A stretch of DNA of 61,231 bases, filler included, from Nemertoderma westbladi (taxonomy: Eukaryota; Animalia; Xenacoelomorpha): NCBI GenBank assembly GCA_032718475.1. It is 3 parts of 3 records of this genome, joined end to end, with 100 filler letters (N's around TTAATTAATTAA, not from the genome) between each part and the next. Parts side by side here need not be neighbours in the genome. Positions count along the whole stretch, not along the records: positions 1 to 31,415 come from JAUCBJ010003492.1; 2 more parts are not named here. The stretch is one strand, 5' to 3'. The notes below the pieces were generated by a model, which was not told the DNA's origin, made no database searches, and saw only the letters and a program-made list of their open reading frames with translations. The translations under genes and the position numbers were made by a program. Below, piece after piece: positions 11,841 through 26,800 of this stretch; the stretch's first letter is position 1, and each line of letters starts with the position of its first letter.

Positions 11841-14800
11841 CTCTCTGTCTCCTCCGACACATCCATCCAAGACCTAACAAACTCATCCGAACCATTCACT
11901 CTCTCTGACTCTTCCAACACATCCGGTACGGTGGTAGTTAACAGCCTCACCCGAACCATTCACTCTCTCTGCCTCTTCCAACACATCCGCTACGGTAGTT
12001 AACCGACTCACGCGAACCATTCACTCTCACTGTCTCTTACAACACATCCGGAATGGTAGTAGTTAACAGACTCACCCGAACCATTCACTCTCTCTGTCTC
12101 TTCCAACACATCCGGTACGGTAGTAAACAAACTCACCCGAACCATTTACTCTCTCTGTCTCTTCCAACATATCCGGTACGGTGGTTAACAAACTCACCCG
12201 AACCATTCACTCTCTCTGTCTCTGCCAACACATCCGGTACGGTAGCTAACAAACTCACCCGAACCATTCACTCTCTCTGTCTCTTCCAACACATCCGGTA
12301 CGGTAGCTAACAAACTCACCCAAACCATTCACTCTCTCTGTCTCTTCCAACATCCGGTACGGTGGTTAACAAACTCACCCAAACCATTCACTCTCTCTGT
12401 CTCTTCCAACATCCGGTACGGTGGTTAACAAACTCACCCGAACCATTCACTCTCTCTGTCTCTTCCAACACATCCGGTACGGTAGCTAACAAACTCACCC
12501 GAACCATTCACTCTCTCTGTCTCTTCCAGCACATCCGGTACGGTAGTTAACAAACTCACCCGAACCATTCACTCTCTCTGTCTCTTCCAACACATTCGGT
12601 ACGGTAGTTAACAAACTCACTCGAACCATACACTCTCTCTGTCTCTTCCAACACATTCGGTACGGTAGTAAACAAACTCACCCGAACCCTTCACTCTCTC
12701 TGTCTCTTCCAGCACATCCGGTACGGTAGTAAACAAACTCACCCGAACCATTCACTCTCTTTGTCTCTTCTACACATCCGGTACGGTGGAAGTTAATAGA
12801 CTCACCCGAACCATTCACTCTCTCTGTCTCTTCCAACACATCCGGTACGGTAGTAAACAGACTCACCCGAAACATTTACTCTCTCTGTCTCTTCCAACAT
12901 ATCCGGTACGGTGGTTAACAAACTAACCCGAACCATTCACTCTCTCTGTCTCTTCTGACACATCCGGTACGGTAGCTAACAAACTCACCCGAACCATTCA
13001 CTCTCTCTGTCTCTTCCAACACATCCAGTACCGGTACCTAACAAACTCACCCAAACCATTGAATCTCTCTGTCTCTTCCAACACATCTGGTAAGGTAGTT
13101 ACCAGACTCACCCGAACCATTCACTCTCTCTGTCTCTTCCAACACATCCGGTACGGCAGCTAACAAACTCACCCGAACCATTCACTCTCTCTGTCTCTTC
13201 CAACACATCCGGTACGGTGGTAGTTAACAGACTCACCCGAACCATTCACTCTCTCTGTCTCTTCCAACACATCCGGTACGGTAGTTAACAAACTCACCCG
13301 AACCATTCACTCTCTCTGTCTCTTCCAATACATCCGGTACGGTAGCTAACAAACTCACCCAAACCATTCACTCTCTCTGTCTCTTCCAACACATCCGGTA
13401 CGGTAGTTAACAGACTCACCCGAACCATTCACTCTCTCTGTCTCTTCCAATACATCCGGTACGGTAGTTAACAGACTCACCCGAACCATTTCTCTCTCTG
13501 TCTCTTCCAACACATCCGGTACGGTGGTAGTTAACAGACTCACCCGAACCATTCACTCTCTCTGTCTCTTCCAACACATCCGGTACGGTAGTTATCAGAC
13601 TCACCCAAACCATTCACTCTCTCTGTCTCCGCCAACACATCCGGTACGGTAGCTAACAAACTCACCCGAACCATTCACTCTCTCTGTCTCTTCCAACACA
13701 TCCGGTACGGTAGTTAACAAACTCACCCGAACCATTCACTCTCTCTGTCTCTTCCAACACATTCGGTACGGTAATTAACAAACTCACTCGAACCAAACAC
13801 TCTCTCTGTCTCTTCCAACACATCCGGTACGGTAGTTAACAAACTCACCCGAACCATACACTCTCTCTGTCTCTTCCAACACATCCGGTACGGTAGTAAA
13901 CAAACTCACCCGAACCATTCACTCTCTCTGTCTCTTCTACACATCCGGTACGGTGGTAGTTAATAGACTGACCCGAACCATTCACTCTCCCTGTCTCTTC
14001 CAACACATCTGGTACGGTAGTAAACAAACGCACCCGAACCATTCACTCTCTCTGTCTCTTCTACACATCCGGGACGGTGGTAGTTAATAGACTCACCCGA
14101 ACCATTCACTCTCTCTGTCTCTTCCAACACATCCGGTACGGTAGTAAACAGACTCACCCGAACCATTTACTCTCTCTGACTCTTCCAACATATCCGGTAC
14201 GGTGGTTTAACCATTTACTCTCTCTGTCTCTTCCAACATATCCGGTACGGTGGTTAACAAACTCACCTGAACCATTCACTCTCTATGTCTCTTCCAACAC
14301 ATCCGGTACGGTAGCTAACAAACTCACCTCTCTCTCTGTCTCTTCCAGCATATCCGGTACGGTAGTAAACAAACTCACCCGAACCATTCACTCTCTCTGT
14401 CTCTTCTACACATCCGGTACGGTGGTAGTTAATAGACTGACCCGAACCATTCACTCTCTCTGTCCCTTCCAGCACATCCGGTACAGTAGTAAACAAACGC
14501 ACCCGAACCATTCACTCTCTCTGTCTCTTCTACACATCCGGGACGGTGGTAGTTAATAGACTCACCCGAACCATTCACTCTCTCTGTCTCTTCCAACACA
14601 TCCGGTACGGTAGTAAACAGACTCACCCGAACCATTTACTCTCTCTGTCTCTTCCAACATATCCGGTACGGTGGTTAACAAACTCACCCGAACCATTCAC
14701 TCTCTCTGTCTCTGCCAACACATCCGGTACGGTAGCTAACAAACTCACCCGAACCATTCACTCTCTCTGTCTCTTCCAACACATCCAGTACCGGTACCTA

Positions 14801-17800
14801 ACAAACTCACCCAAACCATTGAATCTCTCTGTCTCTTCCAACACATCTGGTAAGGTAGTTACCAGACTCACCCGAACCATTCACTCTCTCTGTCTCTTCC
14901 AACACATCCGGTACGGCAGCTAACAAACTCACCCGAACCATTCACTCTCTCTGTCTCTTCCAACACATCCGGTACGGTGGTAGTTAACAGACTCACCCGA
15001 ACCATTCACTCTCTCTGTCTCTTCCAACACATCCGGTACGGTAGTTAACAAACTCACCCGAACCATTCACTCTCTCTGTCTCTTCCAATACATCCGGTAC
15101 GGTAGCTAACAAACTCACCCAAACCATTCACTCTCTCTGTCTCTTCCAACACATCCGGTACGGTAGTTAACAGACTCACCCGAACCATTCACTCTCTCTG
15201 TCTCTTCCAATACATCCGGTACGGTAGTTAACAGACTCACCCGAACCATTTCTCTCTCTGTCTCTTCCAACACATCCGGTACGGTGGTAGTTAACAGACT
15301 CACCCGAACCATTCACTCTCTCTGTCTCTTCCAACACATCCGGTACGGTAGTTAACAGACTCACCCAAACCATTCACTCTCTCTGTCTCCGCCAACACAT
15401 CCGGTACGGTAGCTAACAAACTCACCCGAACCATTCACTCTCTCTGTCTCTTCCAACACATCCGGTACGGTAGTTAACAAACTCACCCGAACCATTCACT
15501 CTCTCTGTCTCTTCCAACACATTCGGTACGGTAATTAACAAACTCACTCGAACCAAACACTCTCTCTGTCTCTTCCAACACATCCGGTACGGTAGTTAAC
15601 AAACTCACCCGAACCATACACTCTCTCTGTCTCTTCCAACACATCCGGTACGGTAGTAAACAAACTCACCCGAACCATTCACTCTCTCTGTCTCTTCTAC
15701 ACATCCGGTACGGTGGTAGTTAATAGACTGACCCGAACCATTCACTCTCTCTGTCTCTTCCAACACATCTGGTACGGTAGTAAACAAACGCACCCGAACC
15801 ATTCACTCTCTCTGTCTCTTCTACACATCCGGGACGGTGGTAGTTAATAGACTCACCCGAACCATTCACTCTCTCTGTCTCTTCCAACACATCCGGTACG
15901 GTAGTAAACAGACTCACCCGAACCATTTACTCTCTCTGACTCTTCCAACATATCCGGTACGGTGGTTTAACCATTTACTCTCTCTGTCTCTTCCAACATA
16001 TCCGGTACGGTGGTTAACAAACTCACCTGAACCATTCACTCTCTATGTCTCTTCCAACACATCCGGTACGGTAGCTAACAAACTCACCTCTCTCTCTGTC
16101 TCTTCCAGCATATCCGGTACGGTAGTAAACAAACTCACCCGAACCATTCACTCTCTCTGTCTCTTCTACACATCCGGTACGGTGGTAGTTAATAGACTGA
16201 CCCGAACCATTCACTCTCTCTGTCCCTTCCAGCACATCCGGTACAGTAGTAAACAAACGCACCCGAACCATTCACTCTCTCTGTCTCTTCTACACATCCG
16301 GGACGGTGGTAGTTAATAGACTCACCCGAACCATTCACTCTCTCTGTCTCTTCCAACACATCCGGTACGGTAGTAAACAGACTCACCCGAACCATTTACT
16401 CTCTCTGACTCTTCCAACATATCCGGTACGGTGGTTAACAAACTCACCCGAACCATTCACTCTCTCTGTCTCTTCAGACACATCCGGTACGGTAGCTAAC
16501 AAACTCACCCGAACCACTCACTCTCTCTGTCTCTTCCAACACATCCAATACCGGTACCTAACAAACTCACCCAAACCATTCAATCTCTCTGTCTCTTCCA
16601 ACACATCCGGTAAGGTAGTTAACAGACTCACCCGAACCATTCACTCTCTCTGTCTCTTCTACACATCCGGTACGGTGGTAGTTAATAGACTGACCCGAAC
16701 CATTCACTCTCTCTGTCTCTTCCAACACATCTGGTACGGTAGTAAACAAACGCACCCGAACCATTCACTCTCTCTGTCTCTTCTACACATCCGGGACGGT
16801 GGTAGTTAATAGACTCACCCGAACCATTCACTCTCTCTGTCTCTTCCAACACATCCGGTACGGTAGTAAACAGACTCACCCGAACCATTTACTCTCTCTG
16901 ACTCTTCCAACATATCCGGTACGGTGGTTTAACCATTTACTCTCTCTGTCTCTTCCAACATATCCGGTACGGTGGTTAACAAACTCACCTGAACCATTCA
17001 CTCTCTATGTCTCTTCCAACACATCCGGTACGGTAGCTAACAAACTCACCTCTCTCTCTGTCTCTTCCAGCATATCCGGTACGGTAGTAAACAAACTCAC
17101 CCGAACCATTCACTCTCTCTGTCTCTTCTACACATCCGGTACGGTGGTAGTTAATAGACTGACCCGAACCATTCACTCTCTCTGTCCCTTCCAGCACATC
17201 CGGTACAGTAGTAAACAAACGCACCCGAACCATTCACTCTCTCTGTCTCTTCTACACATCCGGGACGGTGGTAGTTAATAGACTCACCCGAACCATTCAC
17301 TCTCTCTGTCTCTTCCAACACATCCGGTACGGTAGTAAACAGACTCACCCGAACCATTTACTCTCTCTGACTCTTCCAACATATCCGGTACGGTGGTTAA
17401 CAAACTCACCCGAACCATTCACTCTCTCTGTCTCTTCAGACACATCCGGTACGGTAGCTAACAAACTCACCCGAACCACTCACTCTCTCTGTCTCTTCCA
17501 ACACATCCAATACCGGTACCTAACAAACTCACCCAAACCATTCAATCTCTCTGTCTCTTCCAACACATCCGGTAAGGTAGTTAACAGACTCACCCGAACC
17601 ATTCACTCTCTCTGTCTCTTCCAACACATCCGGTACGGTAGCTAACAAACTCACCCGAACCATTCACTCCCTCTGTCTCTTCCAACATATCCGGTAGGGT
17701 GGTTAACAAACTCACCCGAACCATTCAATCTCTCTGTCTCTTCCAACACATCCGGTACGGTGGTAGTTAACAGACTCACCCGAACCATTTCTCTCTCTGT

Positions 17801-20800
17801 CTCTTCCAACACATCCGGTACGGTGGTAGTTAACAGACTCACCCGAACCATTCACTCTCTCTGTCTCTTCCAACACATCCGGTACGGTAGTTAACAGACT
17901 CACCCAAACCATTCACTCTCTCTGTCTCTGCCAACACATCCGGTACGGTAGCTAACAAACTCACCCGAACCATTCACTCTCTCTGTCTCTTCCAACACAT
18001 CCGGTACGGTAGTTAACAAACTCGCCCGAACCATTCACTCTCTCTGTCTCTTCCAACACATTCGGTACGGTAGTTAACAAACTAACTCGAACCATACACT
18101 CTCTCTGTCTCTTCCAACACATCCGGTACGGTAGTTAACAAACTCACCCGAACCATACACTCTCTCTGTCTCTTCCAACACATCCGGTACGGTAGTTAAC
18201 AAACGCACCCGAACCATACACTCTCTCTGTCTCTTCCAACACATCCGGTACGGTAGTTAACAAACTCACCCGAACCATTCACTCTCTCTGTCTCTTCCAA
18301 CACATTCGGTACGGTAGTTAACAATCTCACCTGAACCATTCACTCTCTCTGTCTCTTCCAACACATTCGGTACGGTAGTTAACAAACTCACCCGAACCAT
18401 TCACTCTCTCGGTCTCTTCCAACACATCCGGTACGGTAGTTAACAAACTCACTCGAACCATTCACTCTCTCTCTGTCTCTTCCAACACATTCGGCACGGT
18501 AGTTAACAAACTCACCCGAACCATTCACTCTCTCTGTCTCTTCCAACACATTCGGTACGGTAGTTAACAAACTCACCCGAACTATTCACTCTCTCTGTCT
18601 CTTCCAACACATCCGGTACGGTAGTTAACAGACTCACCCGAACCATACAATCTCTCTGTCTCTTCCAACACATCCAATACCGGTACCTAACAAACTCACC
18701 CAAACCATTCAATCTCTCTGTCTCTTCCAACACATCCGGTAAGGTAGTTAACAGACTCACCCGAACCATTCACTCTCTCTGTCTCTTCCAACACATCCGG
18801 TACGGTAGCTAACAAACTCACCCGAACCATTCACTCCCTCTGTCTCTTCCAACACATCCGGTAGGGTGGTTAACAAACTCACCCGAACCATTCAATCTCT
18901 CTGTCTCTTCCAACACATCCGGTACGGTGGTAGTTAACAGACTCACCCGAACCATTTCTCTCTCTGTCTCTTCCAACACATCCGGTACGGTGGTAGTTAA
19001 CAGACTCACCCGAACCATTCACTCTCTCTGTCTCTTCCAACACATCCGGTACGGTAGTTAACAGACTCACCCAAACCATTCACTCTCTCTGTCTCTGCCA
19101 ACACATCCGGTACGGTAGCTAACAAACTCACCCGAACCATTCACTCTCTCTGTCTCTTCCAACACATCCGGTACGGTAGTTAACAAACTCGCCCGAACCA
19201 TTCACTCTCTCTGTCTCTTCCAACACATTCGGTACGGTAGTTAACAAACTAACTCGAACCATACACTCTCTCTGTCTCTTCCAACACATCCGGTACGGTA
19301 GTTAACAAACTCACCCGAACCATACACTCTCTCTGTCTCTTCCAACACATCCGGTACGGTAGTTAACAAACGCACCCGAACCATACACTCTCTCTGTCTC
19401 TTCCAACACATCCGGTACGGTAGTTAACAAACTCACCCGAACCATTCACTCTCTCTGTCTCTTCCAACACATTCGGTACGGTAGTTAACAATCTCACCTG
19501 AACCATTCACTCTCTCTGTCTCTTCCAACACATTCGGTACGGTAGTTAACAAACTCACCCGAACCATTCACTCTCTCGGTCTCTTCCAACACATCCGGTA
19601 CGGTAGTTAACAAACTCACTCGAACCATTCACTCTCTCTCTGTCTCTTCCAACACATTCGGCACGGTAGTTAACAAACTCACCCGAACCATTCACTCTCT
19701 CTGTCTCTTCCAACACATTCGGTACGGTAGTTAACAAACTCACCCGAACCATTCACTCTCTCTGTCTCTTCCAACACATCCGGTACGGTAGTTGACAAAC
19801 TCACCCGAACCATACACTCTATCTGTCTCTTCCAACACATCCGGTACGGTAGTTAACAAACTCCCCCGAACCATACACTCTCTCTGTCTCTTCCAACACA
19901 TCCGGTACGGTAGTTAACAAACTCACCCGAACCATTCACTCTCTCTGTCTCTTCCAACACATTCGGTACGGTAGTTAACAAACTCACCCGAACCATTCAC
20001 TCTCTCTGTCTCTTCCAACACATCCGGTACGGTAGTTAACAAACTCACTCGAACCATTCACTCTCTCTGTATCTTCCAACACATCCGGCACGGTAGCTAA
20101 CGAACTCACCCGAACCATTCACTCTCTCTGTCTCTTCCAACACATCCGGTACGGTAGCTAACAGACTCACTTGAACTATTCACTCTCTCTGACACTTCCA
20201 ACACATCCGGTACGGTAGTTAACAAACTCACCCGAACCATTCACTCTCTCTGTCTCTTCCAACACATCCGGTACGGTAATTAACAAACTCACTCGAACCA
20301 TTCACTCTCTCTGTCTCTTCCAACACATCCGGTACGGTAGTAAACAGACTCAACCAAACCATTCACTCTCTCTGTCTCTTCCAACACATACGGTACGGTA
20401 GCTAACAAACTCACCCGAACCATTCACTCTCTCTGTCTCTTCAAACACATCCGGTACGGTAGTTAACAAACTCACCCGAACCATTCACTCTCTCTGTCTC
20501 TTCCAACACATCCGGTACGGTAGCTAACAAATTCATCCGAACCATTCACTCGCTCTGTCTCTTCCAACACATCCGGTAGGGTGGTTAACAAACTCACCCG
20601 AACCATTCACTCTCTCTGTCTCTTCCAACACATCCGGTAGGGTGGTTAACAAACTCACCCGAACCATTCACTCTCTCTGTCTCTTCCAACACATCCAGTA
20701 CCGGTAGCTAACAGACTCAACCAAACCATTCACTCTCTCTGTCTCTTCCAACACATCCGGTACGGTAGCTAACAAACTCACCCGAACCATTCATTCTCTC

Positions 20801-23800
20801 TGTCTCTTCCAACACATCCGGTACGGTAGTAAACAGATTCACCCAAACCATTCACTCTCTCTGTCTCTTCCAACACATCAGGGTAGGGTAGTTAACAAAC
20901 TCACCCGAACCCTTCATCTCTCTGTCTCTTCCAACACATCCAGTACCGGTAGCTAACAGACTCACCCGAACTATTCACTCTCTCTGTCTCTTCCAACACA
21001 TCCGGTACGGTAGTTAACAGACTCACCCGAACCATACAATCTCTCTGTTTCTTCCAACACATCCGGTACGGTAGTAAACAGATTCACCCAAACCATTCAC
21101 TCTCTCTGTCTCTTCCAATACATCCGGTACGGTAGCTAACAAACTCACCCGAACCATACACTCTCTCTGTCTCTTCCAACACATCCGGTACGGTAGTTAA
21201 CAAACGCACCCGAACCATACACTCTCTCTGTCTCTTCCAACACATCCGGTACGGTAGTTAACAAACTCACCCGAACCATTCACTCTCTCTGTCTCTTCCA
21301 ACACATTCGGTACGGTAGTTAACAATCTCACCTGAACCATTCACTCTCTCTGTCTCTTCCAACACATTCGGTACGGTAGTTAACAAACTCACCCGAACCA
21401 TTCACTCTCTCGGTCTCTTCCAACACATCCGGTACGGTAGTTAACAAACTCACTCGAACCATTCACTCTCTCTCTGTCTCTTCCAACACATTCGGCACGG
21501 TAGTTAACAAACTCACCCGAACCATTCACTCTCTCTGTCTCTTCCAACACATTCGGTACGGTAGTTAACAAACTCACCCGAACCATTCACTCTCTCTGTC
21601 TCTTCCAACACATCCGGTACGGTAGTTGACAAACTCACCCGAACCATACACTCTATCTGTCTCTTCCAACACATCCGGTACGGTAGTTAACAAACTCCCC
21701 CGAACCATACACTCTCTCTGTCTCTTCCAACACATCCGGTACGGTAGTTAACAAACTCACCCGAACCATTCACTCTCTCTGTCTCTTCCAACACATTCGG
21801 TACGGTAGTTAACAAACTCACCCGAACCATTCACTCTCTCTGTCTCTTCCAACACATCCGGTACGGTAGTTAACAAACTCACTCGAACCATTCACTCTCT
21901 CTGTATCTTCCAACACATCCGGCACGGTAGCTAACGAACTCACCCGAACCATTCACTCTCTCTGTCTCTTCCAACACATCCGGTACGGTAGCTAACAGAC
22001 TCACTTGAACTATTCACTCTCTCTGACACTTCCAACACATCCGGTACGGTAGTTAACAAACTCACCCGAACCATTCACTCTCTCTGTCTCTTCCAACACA
22101 TCCGGTACGGTAATTAACAAACTCACTCGAACCATTCACTCTCTCTGTCTCTTCCAACACATCCGGTACGGTAGTAAACAGACTCAACCAAACCATTCAC
22201 TCTCTCTGTCTCTTCCAACACATCAGGGTAGGGTAGTTAACAAACTCACCCGAACCCTTCATCTCTCTGTCTCTTCCAACACATCCAGTACCGGTAGCTA
22301 ACAGACTCACCCGAACTATTCACTCTCTCTGTCTCTTCCAACACATCCGGTACGGTAGTTAACAGACTCACCCGAACCATACAATCTCTCTGTTTCTTCC
22401 AACACATCCGGTACGGTAGTAAACAGATTCACCCAAACCATTCACTCTCTCTGTCTCTTCCAACACATCAGGGTAGGGTAGTTAACAAACTCACCCGAAC
22501 CATTCATCTCTCTGTCTCTTCCAACACATCCAGTACGGTAGTTAACAAACTCACCCGAACCCTTCATCTCTCTGTCTCTTCCAACACATCCAGTACCGGT
22601 AGCTAACAGACTCACCCGAACTATTCACTCTCTCTGTCTCTTCCAACACATCCGGTACGGTAGTTAACAGACTCACCCGAACCATACAATCTCTCTGTTT
22701 CTTCCAACACATCCGGTACGGTAGTAAACAGATTCACCCAAACCATTCACTCTCTCTGTCTCTTCCAACACATCAGGGTAGGGTAGTTAACAAACTCACC
22801 CGAACCATTCATCTCTCTGTCTCTTCCAACACATCCAGTACCGGTAGCTAACAGACTCACCCGAACTATTCACTCTCTCTGTCTCTTCCAACACATCCGG
22901 TACGGTAGTTAACAGACTCACCCGAACCATACAATCTCTCTGTCTCTTCCAACACATCCAGTACCGGTAGTTAACAAACTCACTCGAATCATTCACTCTC
23001 TCTGTCTCTTCCAACACATCCAATACCGGTACCTAACAAACTCACCCAAACCATTCAATCTCTCTGTCTCTTCCAACACATCCGGTAAGGTAGTTAACAA
23101 ACTCACCCGAACCATTCACTCTCTCTGTCTCTTCCAACACATTCGGTACGGTAGTTAACAATCTCACCTGAACCATTCACTCTCTCTGTCTCTTCCAACA
23201 CATTCGGTACGGTAGTTAACAAACTCACCCGAACCATTCACTCTCTCGGTCTCTTCCAACACATCCGGTACGGTAGTTAACAAACTCACTCGAACCATTC
23301 ACTCTCTCTCTGTCTCTTCCAACACATTCGGCACGGTAGTTAACAAACTCACCCGAACCATTCACTCTCTCTGTCTCTTCCAACACATTCGGTACGGTAG
23401 TTAACAAACTCACCCGAACCATTCACTCTCTCTGTCTCTTCCAACACATCCGGTACGGTAGTTGACAAACTCACCCGAACCATACACTCTATCTGTCTCT
23501 TCCAACACATCCGGTACGGTAGTTAACAAACTCCCCCGAACCATACACTCTCTCTGTCTCTTCCAACACATCCGGTACGGTAGTTAACAAACTCACCCGA
23601 ACCATTCACTCTCTCTGTCTCTTCCAACACATTCGGTACGGTAGTTAACAAACTCACCCGAACCATTCACTCTCTCTGTCTCTTCCAACACATCCGGTAC
23701 GGTAGTTAACAAACTCACTCGAACCATTCACTCTCTCTGTATCTTCCAACACATCCGGCACGGTAGCTAACGAACTCACCCGAACCATTCACTCTCTCTG

Positions 23801-26800
23801 TCTCTTCCAACACATCCGGTACGGTAGCTAACAGACTCACTTGAACTATTCACTCTCTCTGACACTTCCAACACATCCGGTACGGTAGTTAACAAACTCA
23901 CCCGAACCATTCACTCTCTCTGTCTCTTCCAACACATCCGGTACGGTAATTAACAAACTCACTCGAACCATTCACTCTCTCTGTCTCTTCCAACACATCC
24001 GGTACGGTAGTAAACAGACTCAACCAAACCATTCACTCTCTCTGTCTCTTCCAACACATACGGTACGGTAGCTAACAAACTCACCCGAACCATTCACTCT
24101 CTCTGTCTCTTCAAACACATCCGGTACGGTAGTTAACAAACTCACCCGAACCATTCACTCTCTCTGTCTCTTCCAACACATCCGGTACGGTAGCTAACAA
24201 ATTCACCCGAACCATTCACTCGCTCTGTCTCTTCCAACACATCCGGTAGGGTGGTTAACAAACTCACCCGAACCATTCACTCTCTCTGTCTCTTCCAACA
24301 CATCCGGTAGGGTGGTTAACAAACTCACCCGAACCATTCACTCTCTCTGTCTCTTCCAACACATCCAGTACCGGTAGCTAACAGACTCAACCAAACCATT
24401 CACTCTCTCTGTCTCTTCCAACACATCCGGTACGGTAGCTAACAAACTCACCCGAACCATTCATTCTCTCTGTCTCTTCCAACACATCCGGTACGGTAGT
24501 AAACAGATTCACCCAAACCATTCACTCTCTCTGTCTCTTCCAACACATCAGGGTAGGGTAGTTAACAAACTCACCCGAACCCTTCATCTCTCTGTCTCTT
24601 CCAACACATCCAGTACCGGTAGCTAACAGACTCACCCGAACTATTCACTCTCTCTGTCTCTTCCAACACATCCGGTACGGTAGTTAACAGACTCACCCGA
24701 ACCATACAATCTCTCTGTTTCTTCCAACACATCCGGTACGGTAGTAAACAGATTCACCCAAACCATTCACTCTCTCTGTCTCTTCCAATACATCCGGTAC
24801 GGTAGCTAACAAACTCACCCGAACCATACACTCTCTCTGTCTCTTCCAACACATCCGGTACGGTAGTTAACAAACGCACCCGAACCATACACTCTCTCTG
24901 TCTCTTCCAACACATCCGGTACGGTAGTTAACAAACTCACCCGAACCATTCACTCTCTCTGTCTCTTCCAACACATTCGGTACGGTAGTTAACAATCTCA
25001 CCTGAACCATTCACTCTCTCTGTCTCTTCCAACACATTCGGTACGGTAGTTAACAAACTCACCCGAACCATTCACTCTCTCGGTCTCTTCCAACACATCC
25101 GGTACGGTAGTTAACAAACTCACTCGAACCATTCACTCTCTCTCTGTCTCTTCCAACACATTCGGCACGGTAGTTAACAAACTCACCCGAACCATTCACT
25201 CTCTCTGTCTCTTCCAACACATTCGGTACGGTAGTTAACAAACTCACCCGAACCATTCACTCTCTCTGTCTCTTCCAACACATCCGGTACGGTAGTTGAC
25301 AAACTCACCCGAACCATACACTCTATCTGTCTCTTCCAACACATCCGGTACGGTAGTTAACAAACTCCCCCGAACCATACACTCTCTCTGTCTCTTCCAA
25401 CACATCCGGTACGGTAGTTAACAAACTCACCCGAACCATTCACTCTCTCTGTCTCTTCCAACACATTCGGTACGGTAGTTAACAAACTCACCCGAACCAT
25501 TCACTCTCTCTGTCTCTTCCAACACATCCGGTACGGTAGTTAACAAACTCACTCGAACCATTCACTCTCTCTGTATCTTCCAACACATCCGGCACGGTAG
25601 CTAACGAACTCACCCGAACCATTCACTCTCTCTGTCTCTTCCAACACATCCGGTACGGTAGCTAACAGACTCACTTGAACTATTCACTCTCTCTGACACT
25701 TCCAACACATCCGGTACGGTAGTTAACAAACTCACCCGAACCATTCACTCTCTCTGTCTCTTCCAACACATCCGGTACGGTAATTAACAAACTCACTCGA
25801 ACCATTCACTCTCTCTGTCTCTTCCAACACATCCGGTACGGTAGTAAACAGACTCAACCAAACCATTCACTCTCTCTGTCTCTTCCAACACATCAGGGTA
25901 GGGTAGTTAACAAACTCACCCGAACCCTTCATCTCTCTGTCTCTTCCAACACATCCAGTACCGGTAGCTAACAGACTCACCCGAACTATTCACTCTCTCT
26001 GTCTCTTCCAACACATCCGGTACGGTAGTTAACAGACTCACCCGAACCATACAATCTCTCTGTTTCTTCCAACACATCCGGTACGGTAGTAAACAGATTC
26101 ACCCAAACCATTCACTCTCTCTGTCTCTTCCAACACATCAGGGTAGGGTAGTTAACAAACTCACCCGAACCATTCATCTCTCTGTCTCTTCCAACACATC
26201 CAGTACGGTAGTTAACAAACTCACCCGAACCCTTCATCTCTCTGTCTCTTCCAACACATCCAGTACCGGTAGCTAACAGACTCACCCGAACTATTCACTC
26301 TCTCTGTCTCTTCCAACACATCCGGTACGGTAGTTAACAGACTCACCCGAACCATACAATCTCTCTGTTTCTTCCAACACATCCGGTACGGTAGTAAACA
26401 GATTCACCCAAACCATTCACTCTCTCTGTCTCTTCCAACACATCAGGGTAGGGTAGTTAACAAACTCACCCGAACCATTCATCTCTCTGTCTCTTCCAAC
26501 ACATCCAGTACCGGTAGCTAACAGACTCACCCGAACTATTCACTCTCTCTGTCTCTTCCAACACATCCGGTACGGTAGTTAACAGACTCACCCGAACCAT
26601 ACAATCTCTCTGTCTCTTCCAACACATCCAGTACCGGTAGTTAACAAACTCACTCGAATCATTCACTCTCTCTGTCTCTTCCAACACATCCAATACCGGT
26701 ACCTAACAAACTCACCCAAACCATTCAATCTCTCTGTCTCTTCCAACACATCCGGTAAGGTAGTTAACAGACTCACCCGAACCATTCACTCTCTCTGTCT

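Noticed and set aside
11367-11908. Cys/Arg- or Gln/Thr-rich ORFs
   Set aside because: Translations of the 7/14-bp repeat, open in several frames on both strands.
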